In this document: positions 1-14,683 of the stretch, in pieces | Layout of the letters: each line of letters begins with the position of its first letter | Position numbering within the stretch: position 1 is the stretch's first letter | From: Octopus sinensis | Lineage: Eukaryota | DNA: 64,000 nucleotides | NCBI RefSeq assembly: GCF_006345805.1 | Contig: NC_043003.1 | Location: forward strand, 35,154,001 to 35,218,000 | Direction: 5' to 3' | The notes under the pieces: model-generated | What the model was told of the DNA's origin: nothing | The model's input: the letters and a program-made list of their open reading frames with translations, nothing else | Databases searched by the model: none | Program-made: the position numbers and the translations under genes

Positions 1-2904
1 CGGTTCTTTATAAACATTGCCCTGAAAGAAAAAAAAGGAAAACAAAAGAGGTGGTGGTAAAGAAAACAGATGGGATATAAACAGCTGGAACACCTTTGAT
101 CATTGATCTGCTCGGTCAGGATTAACTTGAGGCTAAACAGGAACAACACATCATTAACAAAAATAGTAAAAATAACAATTACAAAAAAAATCGATTGCGA
201 ACTTGCAAACATTACAAATGCACACTGAACATGAACTTATTTAAAATGATAACACTACCAGCAAAAGAATAGGACAAAGTTTGTTATCAGTGTTTCTAAC
301 TGCTTAAATAAATAAAAAAGTTACTAATATTTCCTTTATTGAAGAACTTTAAAAACTAAACGAATATGAATAAATAATATTATCACGTCAATCATCACAT
401 CAAGCTGTTGTATGATTAATTTGACCTATGTAATAACACATGTTCCTCTTCATTCAGTAATATGTTAGATTTTTATGGGCAGGTTCCATAGTGTCTTGTA
501 ACTTTTAGTTTGTATCATATCCTTTGATTCGTGTTCATACTGCCTTTATGTTACTTTAAATCCTCTCTCTCGACTAATATCCCGATGCATTTTTTTTACA
601 GGGACACTCATGCCTATGCTTATACTCTTTTTGCGCTAGTATACTGCATTCAGTTAAATATTCTGTTTACTTTCCTGCAATTTAGGCGTTTTCTCTCTGA
701 TTTTTGTCAATCTTTACCTAAATCAGATTCACTTAAATTTATAGTTCCTGATAGGCTAAGGAAAAAATAAAATCCACCGAAGTAGACTTTGTCTTTCATT
801 CTTACGGAATGATTAAAAGTAATTCACAGCTATCAACAACACTATTGCCATCAGAATAACATTTGAATCAACGTGAACCAAGCTGGAAGTCTCTATGATA
901 TCGCTTAACTTATTAGAAATATTAGAAATATTTTAGAATTTTCCTCTCAAATTACACGTGCCACAATAAAATAATTGATAGGTAAACATGTTAGATAACA
1001 AAGAAACGGGACAATTAAAGTGACCGATGGCAACTACTAAGTTGACTCTTTATAGTTATAAGAAATCGCATGTAGGCAGGTGGTAAATAACAACAATGAG
1101 AACAAAAATAAACAATAATTCAGAATGCAATTACATTCAATACCATTCATTATGACTAAGACAACTATCATCATCATCATCATCATCATCATCAGTTATC
1201 AAAACCCAATTTTATTTCCAGTGTTGGAAAATCCCTCATCCCTTACCCTCTTGCATATTCATCAATCTCCCGGCAATCTTCAAGTCTGAATTAGTCCCCT
1301 TCATGAAACATATCCTTCTTCCCTGGGAATAGTGAAGACGAATACGATGTCGTAGCATCACTTGAGGCTATAACACAGCTACGAATGCAAAATTTAGAGA
1401 AACGTGCATAATACTCCGAACGATTATATAAACGAGTTCAACGAATGGTCCGGCTACTCATTTGAATATCAAATTTATTTGGTGTTGCTTTAAGTCAGGA
1501 TAATCTTATGTTTATTGGGAATCACTCTATTTATATTGTATTTACTAGCTCATCGCCTTATGTCAAACGAGCCACCCCTTCAACGTATCTGTGTGTAGAT
1601 CTTCCTAAAAATTTTCAGTAACAATAGAAATTAGAGAAAAAAAACTGAAACGGTTTTATTATGTTAAACAAAATCTATCATCGTTATATTTTTATACCGA
1701 TATATAGCTGCAGATAAGCTTCTATGTATTTACCTAATGTAAATACAACGAGAAAGATGAATATACAGCTGCATGCGTCCGGGGGTAATATCTCTTAAAA
1801 ACGTGCTGTGTTTGAAAATGTGATATCTATCAGAGCGTAGACGAAAATCTTCCCGGCAGCAGCTAGTGAAGACGCTAGATGCATTCTGACACGTTGAGAT
1901 TTCATAATAGCGTGTACCCACAGATAACCGCAAATTTAGTTAGTTGCCGCCGATATATAGAAAATCAGTGAATAATTGAACAATGTTCGACTCCATCCAA
2001 TATATATTGCATATAGCGAATATGCAATAAACCTACCATCACCAAAAGAGCTATCATGTTTGGACGAATACGGCAGTATATTCACCTTTCACGATGCATT
2101 TATATTAAACATGTTACAGTGGTGAGTATTTTAGTCTGACAATGTAACAGACTTCTATAGACCCGAACGGTGATTCGCAACACCAGTTATTATTTATTCA
2201 CTGCTTTCTTATACATCGCTGGCAACAAATTTCATCTCAGCATAACTTTGGAATAGACACATGGGAAACAGGTGAATGAACTAATTTAAATGCAACAGCT
2301 TTTTGATCTTTATTTATTTCTTTGAATTATTAATTATCACCATGGCTTTCACTTATTTAGGGATTTTTCGAAAATGGTTGTATCTCATCAATACAGGAAG
2401 TATCGCTTTTAATGAAAGTTTGTCAGTGCTTGCTTCCCAGTGTAAGAGTTGAGACCTTCCCTCAAACACACACATCCACGCATATACATAAGCATACATG
2501 AACCGTTAGATCATCGAAGAAAATCATATACAATTACGTTTTTCAAATAATGCACATTTCTTTATAGTTGTGTGACACATTAGATGAATTGACAAGGACG
2601 AAACAATAGAATATCGTAGTCATGAATTTCTGACGAGCTATGATCAGGAAAGGCGAGAAGCCTTCCCAATCGAGAAACATTATGAAGCCCAGAAGTTAAA
2701 AGTAATCCAAAACTTAGCAATGCAAGAACATATCTGCCACGTAAATAGACCCAGTGATGTACTGCATATGTAGCAACTAACTTAGACCTGAGTTGAAGGT
2801 ATACGCGCACAAACCAGGATGCGTTTACTAAAATACGTTCATATGCATAGATGCATACACACAAATGCAACGCATTAACTGCCAAACAAATTCATAGATA
2901 CAAA

Positions 2905-2952
2905 TACACACACACACACATACATACATACATATATATATATATACATACG

Positions 2953-3017
<65 letters not shown>

Positions 3018-3239
3018 GTACTTAAAAGCATACGAGCATACATGCACACTTTTATATATTAGAGTGAATCCAGTCTGAACATCGGTGGGATATAAGTAGC
3101 TAAGGATTACTATTAATCTTCAAGATTCTGCAACATTGTATTCTATACAACCAGAATTTTGGAATGTTGTTATTAGGATTTGCGTTGACAACTTTATATC
3201 TAAATGCGATTCAAAAGTAATAATAATAATAATAATAAC

Positions 3240-3322
<83 letters not shown>

Positions 3323-3512
3323 TAATAACAATAACAACAACAATAATCATATATAGCAAAATATATGCGCTTGTGTAGAGAATATAATCAGGAACACACA
3401 TTCACATACGCATAGATATATACTTACATATGCAATATACATGTATGTATGTATGTATGTATGTATGTATGTATGTATGTATGTATGTATGTATGTATGC
3501 ATGTGTGTATAT

Positions 3513-3568
<56 letters not shown>

Positions 3569-3585
3569 GCATGTGTGTGTGTGTA
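2905..3585. repeat. Microsatellite cluster (CA)n/(TA)n, (TAA)n, (TATG)n
   Basis: Directly visible; accounts for the ORFs at 2828-3792. Confidence 0.95.
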
Positions 3586-5516
3586 GACAATGATGATAAG
3601 TTAAAGTGCAAAGGCGATCAAAGACATTCACCTACATATATACCTATACCAATGAGAGCGTACAAAATATGCATGTATGTATATATATGCATCTATGCAT
3701 GTATGTATTATGTACTTTGTATCATGTTTATATGTGTGTGTGTGAGTGAATGTAATAATTCAGTTATGTGTGGCAATATTCTGTTTGTCTGAGGCAGTAG
3801 TAGCGCTATTAAAACATCTGAAGTCACGGAGCCATCCTCCGTGGATTCAAAAGGCGAGGCAGTAATACTGTTCCGTGTTTATCAGTCCGGGAATATTCAT
3901 TCATTCACCTCTCTAATACTTTCATCCGAAATGAAATTGTTATGAGCAATGGAAATGAGGTGGATCTATAAATATATTGCACTTTGAAGGTATTAACATA
4001 TTTATGTACGCTTGTGCGTGTATGTGTATGATTGTCGTTCGCTTATGTGTTCAAGTGTATTTCTGTATATGCATGAGTGTGAGAGAGTCTATGCATGTTT
4101 ATGTGTGCTGTTGATGTTGTTGTGTGTGTGTTTGTGTGTCATTGTATGTATGTAATAATGACTATTTTCAGCTGAGAGCTTGAACCTTTTATACGCTTCC
4201 TATTCATATATGCCTTAAACAGATAGGACAATAAATAAAAAGAGCTCTCTTTGAGTTTTATGTCCATTATATCATTCGTCGGTGTATAGCGTTGCCGTTT
4301 ATAGAAAACCTAGGATTATGTACAGCCGTTGACCAGGTTAACAAGCTCGTGCTGTGGACAAACTTCATTTTGTTTAAAGACCCCCTCAGCGAAAACAAGG
4401 TGTCATTCAAAAGTTTTCAACCGTTGCCTATTCTAGCAACGCAATCAGTACGGGTTGGTCAATTGGGAAGTCAAGCATGAAACTGTAAAACATAGCCAGT
4501 TCTAAACTATCCGTATGTAGTCAACATGTTCAGCAATTGAGTAGCAATGGAAGAATTCTAACCTTAACAAGGCTATTCCCGCCAGGCAATGGACAAATTT
4601 ATAAATCTATAATCATTGAAAATGAACAAGCAGATACTTGAAGAAGAATATCAGGTCACCTTTATGTTCTCCGTTCTGACTTACAATTTACGTAATATTA
4701 TCTTTACGAGGCTGCTCTATTTTGCATAATGTCCATGCTTTTCCCATGTGTTTCCATTCTACATATTATTCAGATTATATGCTATCGGCAGTCAACATGT
4801 TATTCTCTTCAAATAACGTGCGCAATCTACATAATAAGGTGTCTTTTGAAGTGTACCTAATCTATCCTCTTCATAAACAGTCTCCAATTTATATATTGCC
4901 TTTTATCAAAGGCATTACAAAAGCTATTCCCAACAAGGATTAACTTTCAGACACTGATTTCCCAGCGAAAACAGCCTATGTATATGTGGATAATATTGAA
5001 AACCGATCGGAATAAGTCCTGTACTAACACCGCCTCTACGAACAGCATTGGCAGCACAAGCCAACATGAGCACCTCTACGTGGCCACGCGACTTACGAGA
5101 AGTAGCAGCCAAATTTTTCCCAAGTAATATCTTGAGTAAAGAATACATGCAACGTTGTGAACCAAGATATATAAAAATGTTAGGTAGTCATAGATGGAAA
5201 GAAGACAATGAGAATAGGACTTCCATTGCCCAGAACTGTTATGGAATTAAGTAGTGAGAAGAATCTTTCCGGATACGAAGTGCTAGACGGAAGTACTACG
5301 ATTGGTTTTCAAAGAAAGATTTCACGGAGACGAGAGATGATGCCTACATACGAAAATGTTTACAAGCATGAAAATACAGTACTGTTTTACATATCTGCAG
5401 CACTATATTGTTAACGCCATGCCACACCATATTGTACGCCTTCTACGATTTCACTGCATTGAAGTCTCTGATACCACATACTTACCTACTAAGTACTACC
5501 TTCCACTATACTTCTG

Positions 5517-5532
5517 TTGTGTGTGTGTATGT

Positions 5533-5630
<98 letters not shown>
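5517..5630. repeat. (TG)n microsatellite
   Basis: Directly visible. Confidence 0.97.
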
Positions 5631-5631
<1 letters not shown>

Positions 5632-5830
5632 TAATTGTAGCATGGTCTGCTATTCATATATCTAGGATTTATGATTTTGCTCCACGAAACTGGTTACAAC
5701 TGGAAAATGTTCTTAAGCTCAACGACAACACTGATTTACAATTAATGACATTAAGACATTTGCTATTGATAAACAAGAACCACAACAACTACAACAACAG
5801 CAACAACAACTACCAATACTCGACAGCTAC

Positions 5831-5908
5831 TTCTACTGGAAGTGCCTGTGCCCTTTTACAATAAGTATTCTACTAGAAGTGCCTGTGCCCTTTTACAATA
5901 AGTATTCT
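5831..5908. repeat. 37-bp tandem duplication
   Basis: TTCTACT(G/A)GAAGTGCCTGTGCCCTTTTACAATAAGTA twice (5831-67, 5868-904) plus TTCT, one mismatch. Confidence 0.95.
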
Positions 5909-7219
5909 TTAAAACGTAACGCAATTACTACCGCCATAACGACTATCCTTCTCCCTTCTGTCCTCAGCATTTACAAATTGTCTAATTCCTGTAACAGAAT
6001 CATGATTGTAACTGTTGCAAAAATCGACAAAATAAGCACGAACATTAGCGAATCCACAAATATTGCCATAACTAAGGTTACTAATACAGTGGCTCACAGC
6101 CGAGATATGGGGTATATAAAGCATATATCGATATATATATATATTACTTATTTTATATGACTACACCTGTGTGTACCACTCTGAAAATAGACACCCTATT
6201 ACAAAGACGCATACACAACTATTAACAGTACTGTGAATATAAACTACAAACACTACATTTCAATCAGCTACTTATATTTACCACAATCATTATTAGCAAC
6301 GCAACTAATGTTACTACCATCAATTCTCACACCACTAACAACAACACGTAAACCAACTATTGCCGTCAAACAGGACCCCAGCTACCGCTTCAGCTGATAT
6401 TTATAATCACTGAAAATATCATACTCCCGATGGTTTTCTAAAGACATATTAGATGCAAAAACCGCAGCAGCTATTCGTCATTCAGAAACTTTTACGCATA
6501 ATGCTGTAATGTGAAAATAATATACTCTTTCCAACACACTAGGTGTGATATAAGTACTTGCTTAATGCATAGACGATTTCAGAAACTCTCGAACAATAGA
6601 ATACAATTGGCTACGATTTCTACCAATGTTGATTACAACATCCTATTAAAATCTAAGTATTTTTCAGAAAATATTTTTTATTTCAGACATCTTCATCGGT
6701 CGATAAATATATATTTAAGATTCCATTACCAACGTTTTGTTCAAGAGTATATACGTATACGTCTAGTGGCATAGATATACACATACTTGCACACATTTCA
6801 TATAGAAAATGTTGTTAAAGAAATAAGAGTGTTTTAAAAGGATGCATCATATAAAATATAATAAACCTAATAACTCAAGTCTTGAATTAGGTCCAATGGA
6901 AAACATTTCGAAGCGAAACCATCCACGAAGTATATTTTATATATACAAATACATATATTTTATATATACAAATTCAAAAAAATAAAGCTTTTGTATCTGT
7001 ACTTGTATGACTTCACGCCATACACAAGTCATAGATACACAAAAATACACACATGCACGCTCATGTTGTCATATATACACTGTTATATACACCCATACAG
7101 ATGATTATATTTATGTAAAAATTTTACGTATGATTTTATTTCCGATATGTTAGCAAGTGTAGTATTTTAATGAATCCACAAACCTTAACAAATATTCACA
7201 TAGACATATACACACAAAT

Positions 7220-7425
7220 GGTTCAAATATTTGGCACAGGGTCAGCAGATTTTGAGTGGTGGGAAGTCAATTAGGTCGATTCCAGAACTTGATTGATACT
7301 TGCTATTTAGACCCCGAAAGAATGAAAGACAAATCGACCTCAGCGGAATTTGAGCTCAGAACGTAATGACGGACGAAATGCCACTAAGTCCTGGGTGAAA
7401 GTGGTCGTACCAGCTCGCCGCCTTA
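7220..7425 (-). mobile_element. tRNA-derived SINE, family A
   Basis: Minus-strand head AAGGCGGCGAGCTGG, B-box-like GAGCTCAAATTCC, central GAGGTCGA..TCTTTCATTCTTTCGGGGTC. Homologous to 11924-12147. Confidence 0.85.
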
Positions 7426-9519
7426 AATATATGCGCAAATAAGGTATTCGAGATAACGGGAGAAATCATCCTTACTGCTAGAAATACCAGTCAAATTTAT
7501 GTGAGTGACTGTTCTCAAGAAAGACAAATTCATTTACCAACGTGGTTTTGTTGTATTGTCAACAAAAAGGCGCCACAATCGATCCAGTCATGGGGATGCT
7601 AAAAGCCTGTTTCACCAACACACCAAAAATTTGCTTGCATGAAGTTTTAAAGAAAATTTATCCAAATATTTGGCTCTAATAAAATGATTTATAACACATC
7701 AATGAGAAAGTGATAGAGGATAAGCTAGACAGATAGACGGAGAGAGAGAGAGAGAGAGAAAGAGGGGGGAGTGTGTGTGTGTGTGTGTGTATGTGTGTGT
7801 GTGTATGAGAGAGAGAGACTAACAGACTGAGGCAAATGGACAGAGACCTGTGGAATGACGAGCAATCAAAAATGAAAAATTATTTATTGTTTTGTGAATT
7901 TAAAACCAAAATATTAGAATGAAAGATAATATACATATATGATAATATACACTAGTATTGTTTTTTTTTTATTTTAAACAACAAACTGCTATGGGTAAGA
8001 GAAAGTAGATATAAAATATATTGTTTCAACAATACGATAAGAATGAAAATCCAACTGAGAGTAAAGACATTTGTATTTAAAATTTTAACGCAGTGAAATA
8101 GTTACAATGAAATATCTTTTATTGTTTTGCTTTGTTTGTTTTCTTTCTTTTCATTTTTATTCTGAAAGATTTGTACTTATTTATGCCCAAAAGTAGACCT
8201 ATGACCAAAGTTTTTTGGGCTGCGATCATTGTTTCAGGGTTTCTATAACTAATGCTAAAAATTCTACAAAACTCCTTAAAGTAATAGCCAAATTTTCCTT
8301 CTTCAAAATCACATATTATTGTCTGTAAACAAACAAACAAAAACAAAAATTACTGTTTGGACAGCGTACACAGGGATGATGAAATGCGCCGTTTATAAAG
8401 TGATTCTACAATTCATAACATGTAAATATATAAGACACGCTTGTAAATCCATAAAGAGGAACAGAAGAAACATGATATGTGACGAGCTGCGTACGGACTA
8501 GCGAGGAGTCTTACACGCCAACTATTTGATATAGTAGGCAAAAAATACCATTGAACATATTCCTTATCAAAATTTTACCTAGAATTATTAATAAGTAAAA
8601 CAAAAATCTTAAGCCGAGTTTCAGAATAACCTTACTACAAGCCTCATATTTCTCCACTTGTTAATGATCAGATCATAAATTTCTGTATATTTCAAAATCA
8701 CACGAAATCACAACAGTGCCAAAAATATTTTCATCCTTTGTTTTTCATAGGAGCTGATAGCTTTTTAAATGGGACACCATGAATATTTGTTTAGGATTAA
8801 GTGATTATTTTCTTGTCGTTTATTTATTTATTTTTCATCTTAATATTATTGCTTGAAAGAAATCTCATAAACGGCTATAATTGATTGAATCGGTGAAAAT
8901 ATATGAGAATTTGAAAGCCGAAGAGAAGACAACTGTGAGGCACACACACACACAAAAAAAAAAGGATTTTAAAGTGAAACATAAAATAAAATGTGTGCAT
9001 ATGTTCATCAATGTATTTCGTAAAAATTTGAGGATTTTATGCTTGTGCGCGAGTGTATGTGTAAGTGCGCATGTGTAACATAACGCATGGCTGTAGAAAG
9101 TAAGAAAACAAGCAAAGACAAAGAGAAAGAGAGGGAGTGGATGCGGGGGGGGGGAGATGGCGAGAAAAGTCAGAGCAAAGGAAGAGGAGAGAAAAAGTTA
9201 AAAGAAGCGAGGTTGTAAGAGAATGTGCAGTGATATGTGTGCGCGTGCCGCATGGCAAAGCATGGCTGATAAGGGTTAGGATGTTAGGGTGTTGCAGACA
9301 GATATAGTAAATGATGGGCCACAGAGGGTAACGGTATATACAGAGGAAAGGAGGTGGTGAGCATACAGAGAAAGAGCGAGAGCGAGAGAGAGTCAATGGG
9401 GTAGAGGGATAATATATGTGTGTGTATGTGTATGTGCATGCGTGAAAGATAATTAATATGTTGCAGAATGTGGTAGAACTACAAAGAAATCGTGAAAGCA
9501 AGAAGGATTCTATCTGAAG

Positions 9520-9777
9520 CGATGTGTGTGTGTGTGTGTTTTTGTGTCTCCCACTCTCTCTCATTATCTCTGTCTCTATGTCTCTGTCTGTCTCTCCCTT
9601 TCTCTCTCTCTTTTTTTCTCTCTCTCTCTCTACCTCCGTGTATGTATGTATGAATGTGTGGTCTTATATGTATGTGAGTGTGCGTGTGTGTGCGTGTTTG
9701 TGTACATATACATATATGTGTGTGTGTTTGTGTGTGTGTGTGTAAATATGTGTATGCGTGTTTGTATGTGCGTGTAA

Positions 9778-9820
<43 letters not shown>

Positions 9821-10089
9821 CACGCACACTAATGTATTCATGTGTTGGCTAGACATAAATCGAGAGGGTAAAACTCATTTTGGTAGAGAAGTATGAGTGC
9901 AAACATATTTTAATGAGACGGAGGGACGGAGAGGAGGGGAGAGAAACAAGGAGACAGAGGAACAAGGAAAGTCGGTTGAAAACGAAAACTGATATATGGA
10001 GAGAATTGATAAAAAGAAAGAAGTAGAAATCATGACGCGAGGGAAAATATGAAGCGGTAACACATATAAAGAGAGAGAAGGATAGATAA

Positions 10090-10132
<43 letters not shown>

Positions 10133-10800
10133 TCAATGAGTGAGTGAAAGGGAGAGAAAGACAGAGACAGTGAGACCGGGAGAAAGGAAAACTAATACAC
10201 AGACACAGGGGAGAAAATGAAAGATAAAGAGAAAAAGAGAGTTTGAGAGAAAGCCCGAAAAAGACAGAGGAACATATTGAGGCTGATCGAAGCGTGTGGT
10301 ATGCGCGTGCGTGTATGTGTGTGTGTCTGAGTGAAAGTGTATGAGTGTGTGTCCGTGTGTATGTGGGAGAGAGAGGGAGAGAGAAGGAGTAGGGAATGAG
10401 AATGGAGGAGAAAGTTGGGATATTTTAAAACGAAAGGTTTAGGGGAAAGGAATTTATGCGTGTTTGAAGACTATAAAAGTAGAGAGTGAATGCCAAAGGT
10501 CACAATGGGGCAGGAGATGAACAAAGAAGCGGGGGATATAATGCACTTGTGTATGTGTATGCATGTTCGAGTGTATGTGTATGATGCGTTTGTTATACGT
10601 AAGCGCGCCTTTATTGCATCTGTGTTTGTTGATGAAGGAAACGTGGATTTGTGCGTGCTTGAAAGAAATAGATATTTAAATGAGCAGAGAAAAAGGCGTT
10701 GGTGTTGGAGAGAGAGAGAGAGAAAGAGAGAGACAGAGGGTAAGAGAGAGAGAAGGGGAATGAGGAAGAGGAAGCTGTGTGTGTGTGTGTATGTGTCAAT
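9520..10800. repeat. Low-complexity block of (TG)n, (TC)n, (GA)n and (GATA)n
   Basis: Directly visible. Confidence 0.9.
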
Positions 10801-11089
10801 ACAGCAACCTATATGTGCGTGCCTGTGTAAATGTTTTTGATTCCTTGCATATGTATGTGAATGCGATTGGAACGCAATAAAGAATATCCGTAAAAAGTCA
10901 GTAAAAAGAGAAAGCAATGTGTTTGTAAATATAATTGTAAAAATTTTGACATGTGTAAATGTAAATATCAGAGCTTTAAATGGCAGACACATGAGGATAT
11001 CCTCTGAAAAGCTGGTTTCCTATCCACTCCGGGTTAAAAACTTTCCATGATATACGGCAACGGATACCCCTAGTAACATTGATTAGTAA

Positions 11090-11290
11090 TTTAGGTACAA
11101 GGGCTCTTATTTTTGAGGGTTGGTATATTCAATTTTATGAACCTCACTCCCCAATACTTGAGTGGAGTTTATCGATCCAGATGAATGAAATTCAAAGTAG
11201 ATTTTGATGGGATTTCAACACAAATTAAAGAGCCTTAATTGTGTATTGTTCGTTACTGTCCGACAAATTCTTCTATTCTGTCGTTCTGTA
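11090..11290 (-). mobile_element. Degenerate SINE, family A
   Basis: TTTATCGATCCAGATGAATGAAATTCAAAGTAGATTTTGATGGGATTTCAAC aligns loosely with the ATCGACCCCGAAAGGATGAAAGGCAGAGTCGA block at about 12040-12070. Confidence 0.55.
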
Positions 11291-11923
11291 CAACTAGTAA
11301 TATTGATTTCTAACTTTGATGCAGACCATGTAGGAAGTATCAGGTCGTTTAAATTAACTTCGGTAAAATGGTAATATACGATTTCAAGTTCTTTTGGCCG
11401 TCATCTGTACGAGTCGAACGTCCATATATTTCGAGGTTTCTTTGCATATCTGGTGCGAATATGGAATGAAAGCACGTGCAAAATTTATCTAATCAAGAAG
11501 CATAAAGATAGAACCTGCATAATGAAAGTGTTTCTGAATATTGTGGCATTTTTACCATTCTCTGTTCTACCACACATTTGTCGTACCCCTAATCTCTACA
11601 CGGGTACGGTTAGAACATATTTAGTTTATTGTGGTCTTGTATTTTTTACTTCCTTCCACGATACTCAAGCTTTTAATTTTTTTTCATTTCATAATATCAA
11701 TATCATCAAAGTACCTTAATATTTTGAAAGATGCTTCCTTTCTGATTGAGAAATTATAATTCATTCTACTCTGTCACATCCATTTTCTCTCATTAACTCT
11801 TCTTTCTGTCTTCCGTTGTCTTCCGTTGTCTAATTAGCTTCTGTTTTAAATTAGTAATAACACAACTTTATCAATTATTTTATTCTTGAAGCTACTTCGT
11901 TACATTTTCCTCTATTTAGTAAC

Positions 11924-12147
11924 TTTTCTTATTTCTTTACTGCCCACAAGGGGTTACACAGAGAGGAGACAAACAAGGACAGAAAAACGGATTAAGTCGA
12001 TTATATCGATCCCAGTGCGTAACTGGTACGTATTTAATCGACCCCGAAAGGATGAAAGGCAGAGTCGAACTCGGAACGTGAAGACAGACGAAATACCACT
12101 AAGTATTTCACCCGGCCTGCTAACGTTTCTTTCAGCTCGCCGCCTTA
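11924..12147 (-). mobile_element. tRNA-derived SINE, family A (well preserved copy)
   Basis: Minus strand AAGGCGGCGAGCTGAAAGAAACGTTAGC...TCGACTCTGCCTTTCATCCTTTCGGGGTCGATTAAATACGTACCAGT. The central block resembles the conserved Meta/Sauria-type SINE domain (from memory, unverified). Confidence 0.88.
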
Positions 12148-12415
12148 TAACTTTTAATAACTTTTCTTACTAACAGAAAAAACGCACACAGACACACATT
12201 CTGTAGGTAACACCCACAAATCCAAATATCCCCTAATTCGAATTTCGTTCATTCATGCACTGAAGAAAATACTTGCTCAAGCACATATTTTAGCTTTGTT
12301 CGGATATATTTTATCTAAACATAATCTTATTCTATCATCACATTCCAGCCACCACTTTTATCTGCTATTTATAAAATGTCTTTTCAATTATTCTCTTATT
12401 TCTAATTTTCTCTAT

Positions 12416-12448
<33 letters not shown>

Positions 12449-12801
12449 ATACGCACAAGCACGCACCAGGCACACACACATGCACACACACAGAAATTCG
12501 CACATGCATAGAATCATACACACATTCACTCCTTCTCTTGTTTTCTTTCTCAAGATCTTTCTGCATCACAACTTATTCTGGTCTAACGTCTTACATTTTA
12601 CCATCTAAATTTTCTTTCATTGTAAAGTCTCTCACACATATTCCGTTTTACAATCGCCTATAAGCTCATGCAGTTTACATTCGGCATCGCTTTCTGACCT
12701 TCTTTCCTTCTATGACACATATAAAACGGAACTATGTATCTCAAACGCAAAGAACTTAACTTTTCTTAATTTCTATTTCTCTTTCTCACCTTTTCATATA
12801 C

Positions 12802-12839
<38 letters not shown>

Positions 12840-13589
12840 ACTTGCTAATTCATGTTTGAGTTATGTTTTATTTACTGCTCTATGAAGCTTTTAACTCGTT
12901 ATTCGAATCCGAAATACAAGAAGATGCCAAAGAAACTTGGAGAGAATGACATACATCTAGAGAATAAAGACATAACTGATAGGAAAAAAAAATGTCTGTC
13001 AGGATGTTTGTTCAGTTGAGTAAAGCAATATGTAGACTGGTGTTTGTCGCTTATTGCAGCTGCCTCAACAACAAATAATAGATGATGATGGTGATGGTGA
13101 TGGTGGTGGTAGTGGTGGCAGTGGTGGTGATGTTGCTGCTGGTGGTTTTTGTGGTGGTAGTTGTGGAGGTTGTGGTTGGAGTCGTCGTAGTCGTGGTCAT
13201 GGTGACGTCGGTGGTGGCGATCGGATTGTAATAGAGTTATCGTGTAACAAAGATCGCGGAAGACCCAAAAATACGTATATGGGAAAAGGCAAAATCAAAT
13301 GTATAATGAGAAATATGAAATAAAAGACCGAAAAGAATGATGCAGACATGGAAGAATTGTTAATGTATTGGATCTCATAAAAAAAAAATACAGTGATATG
13401 TCTGCTCAGAATTAGTCGTGGCTTCTAAATTTGCAAATATGTAATCGTAATTACTGTTGTGAATACCGGACACTGAATCACTATTGTCATATGAGTGTTA
13501 GTTCAGTACTTTTCAAGCTGACAAATACGAGAAAAGTATCGGCCTTACACATTATATGCATGTATGTATGTATCCATACATGTATGTAC

Positions 13590-13770
13590 TTGGCTCAAAT
13601 CTCATTTGCGGACCCATGAAAAACGAACCTCCACCAACTACTCTACCTATCTATTTGTGCATACCTGTCAATGTCATGTATGCCATGAGGTCTGCAAATC
13701 TAACGAAGGATTCTAAAGACATTTTAAGATTCACGAAGATCAAAACATAACTGCAGCTCTTGATGGTCGT
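13590..13770 (+). pseudogene. Second C2H2 zinc-finger fragment, probably from a related LINE subfamily
   Basis: One frame reads LKSHLRTHEKRTSTNYSTYLFVHTCQCHVCHEVCKSNEGF*RHFKIHEDQ. Same CxxC-xxx-C-x-S-xx-G(L/F)-xx-H style as the fingers at 14190-14480. Bounded by (TATG)n on both sides. Confidence 0.7.
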
Positions 13771-13789
13771 ATGTATGTATGTATGTATG

Positions 13790-14550
13790 AGAAAAGTTTT
13801 GGGGATCAACTGTAAAATGGCCATTAGTAATGTGAAGGTGCTTGAGAGGAGTGGCAGTAGAAGTATAGAGTCAATGATTTTGCAAAGACGTTTGAGATGG
13901 AGGGGGACATTTGTTAAGGATGAGTGATGAGCGAGAGCTAAGCAGCTATTGTATGGTGAGCTTGAAGATGGCAGGAGACCAGTGCATAAGCATAAACTAA
14001 GGTTTAAGGATTGTCTTTAAAATGCTCTAATACAGACAGGATTTGCAGCTGGTAATTGGGAGAGGGAAATACAAGACCGTGATGGATGGAGGAAGATAGC
14101 GCATGATGGTTGTTCAATGTGAAGTATGAGAGAATAAAGAAGAGGCTTAGAAGGGGAAACCTGTGGAGAGTGAGAGACTGTTGTTTTTCATGAGTGTGGT
14201 TTGTGGGCGGAGGTGCTTGAGTAGTGCAGACCTGGTGAGCCATCAAAATTCTCATAGAAATCGACCTATGATAAACAATGATGTAGCTATTAAAATTCAT
14301 AACAGAACGTGTGTAAAATGTGGAAGGGTGTGCCTCTCAGTTGGAGGTCTAAAAAGACATGTTAAGCGAGTGTTATGGTAGCACCTGTTTCTCTTGCCAG
14401 CCAGCATAATTGTCTAGTATGTAATAAAACGTGTAAAAGCTTGGCCGGGCTTAAAAGTCATATAAGGGCATCACATGGCAACAGTCATGAATCATTTCAG
14501 TAAGTCTTCTTGGCAATAGCTTTTCTCGAATAACGAGGATGCAGCCGTCA
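13790..14550 (+). mobile_element. 5'-truncated RTE-clade LINE 3' end with three C-terminal C2H2 zinc fingers and a (TATG)n tail
   Basis: Translation with frameshifts: RKVLGINCKMAISNVKVLERSGSRSIESMILQRRLRWRGHLLRMSDER..KQLLYGELEDGRRPVHKHKLRFKDCL, the typical RTE post-RT C-terminus. Then fingers SVVCGRRCLSSADLVSHQNSH, CVKCGRVCLSVGGLKRHVKRV and CLVCNKTCKSLAGLKSHIRASH. Stop at 14501-03, short 3' UTR, then (TATG)n. Confidence 0.88.
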
Positions 14551-14644
14551 TGTATGTATGTATGTGTGTATGTATGTATGTATGTATGTATGTATGTATG
14601 TATGTATGTATATATGTATGTATATATGTATGTATGTAAGTACG

Positions 14645-14683
<39 letters not shown>

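Noticed and set aside
2596-2660. GAAAC...GTC...CTGACGA, a possible hammerhead permutation
   Set aside because: Stems I, II and III do not pair.
2828-3792. ORFs rich in YI/HT/CV/I repeats, and many similar ORFs across the window
   Set aside because: They are translations of microsatellites that lack stop codons.
5831-5908. 37-bp direct repeats of CRISPR-like length
   Set aside because: No spacer between copies, only two units, eukaryotic context; a simple tandem duplication.
13054-13323. Glycine-rich 89-aa ORF
   Set aside because: Produced by degenerate (GAT)n/(GGT)n repeats; no domain or splice support.
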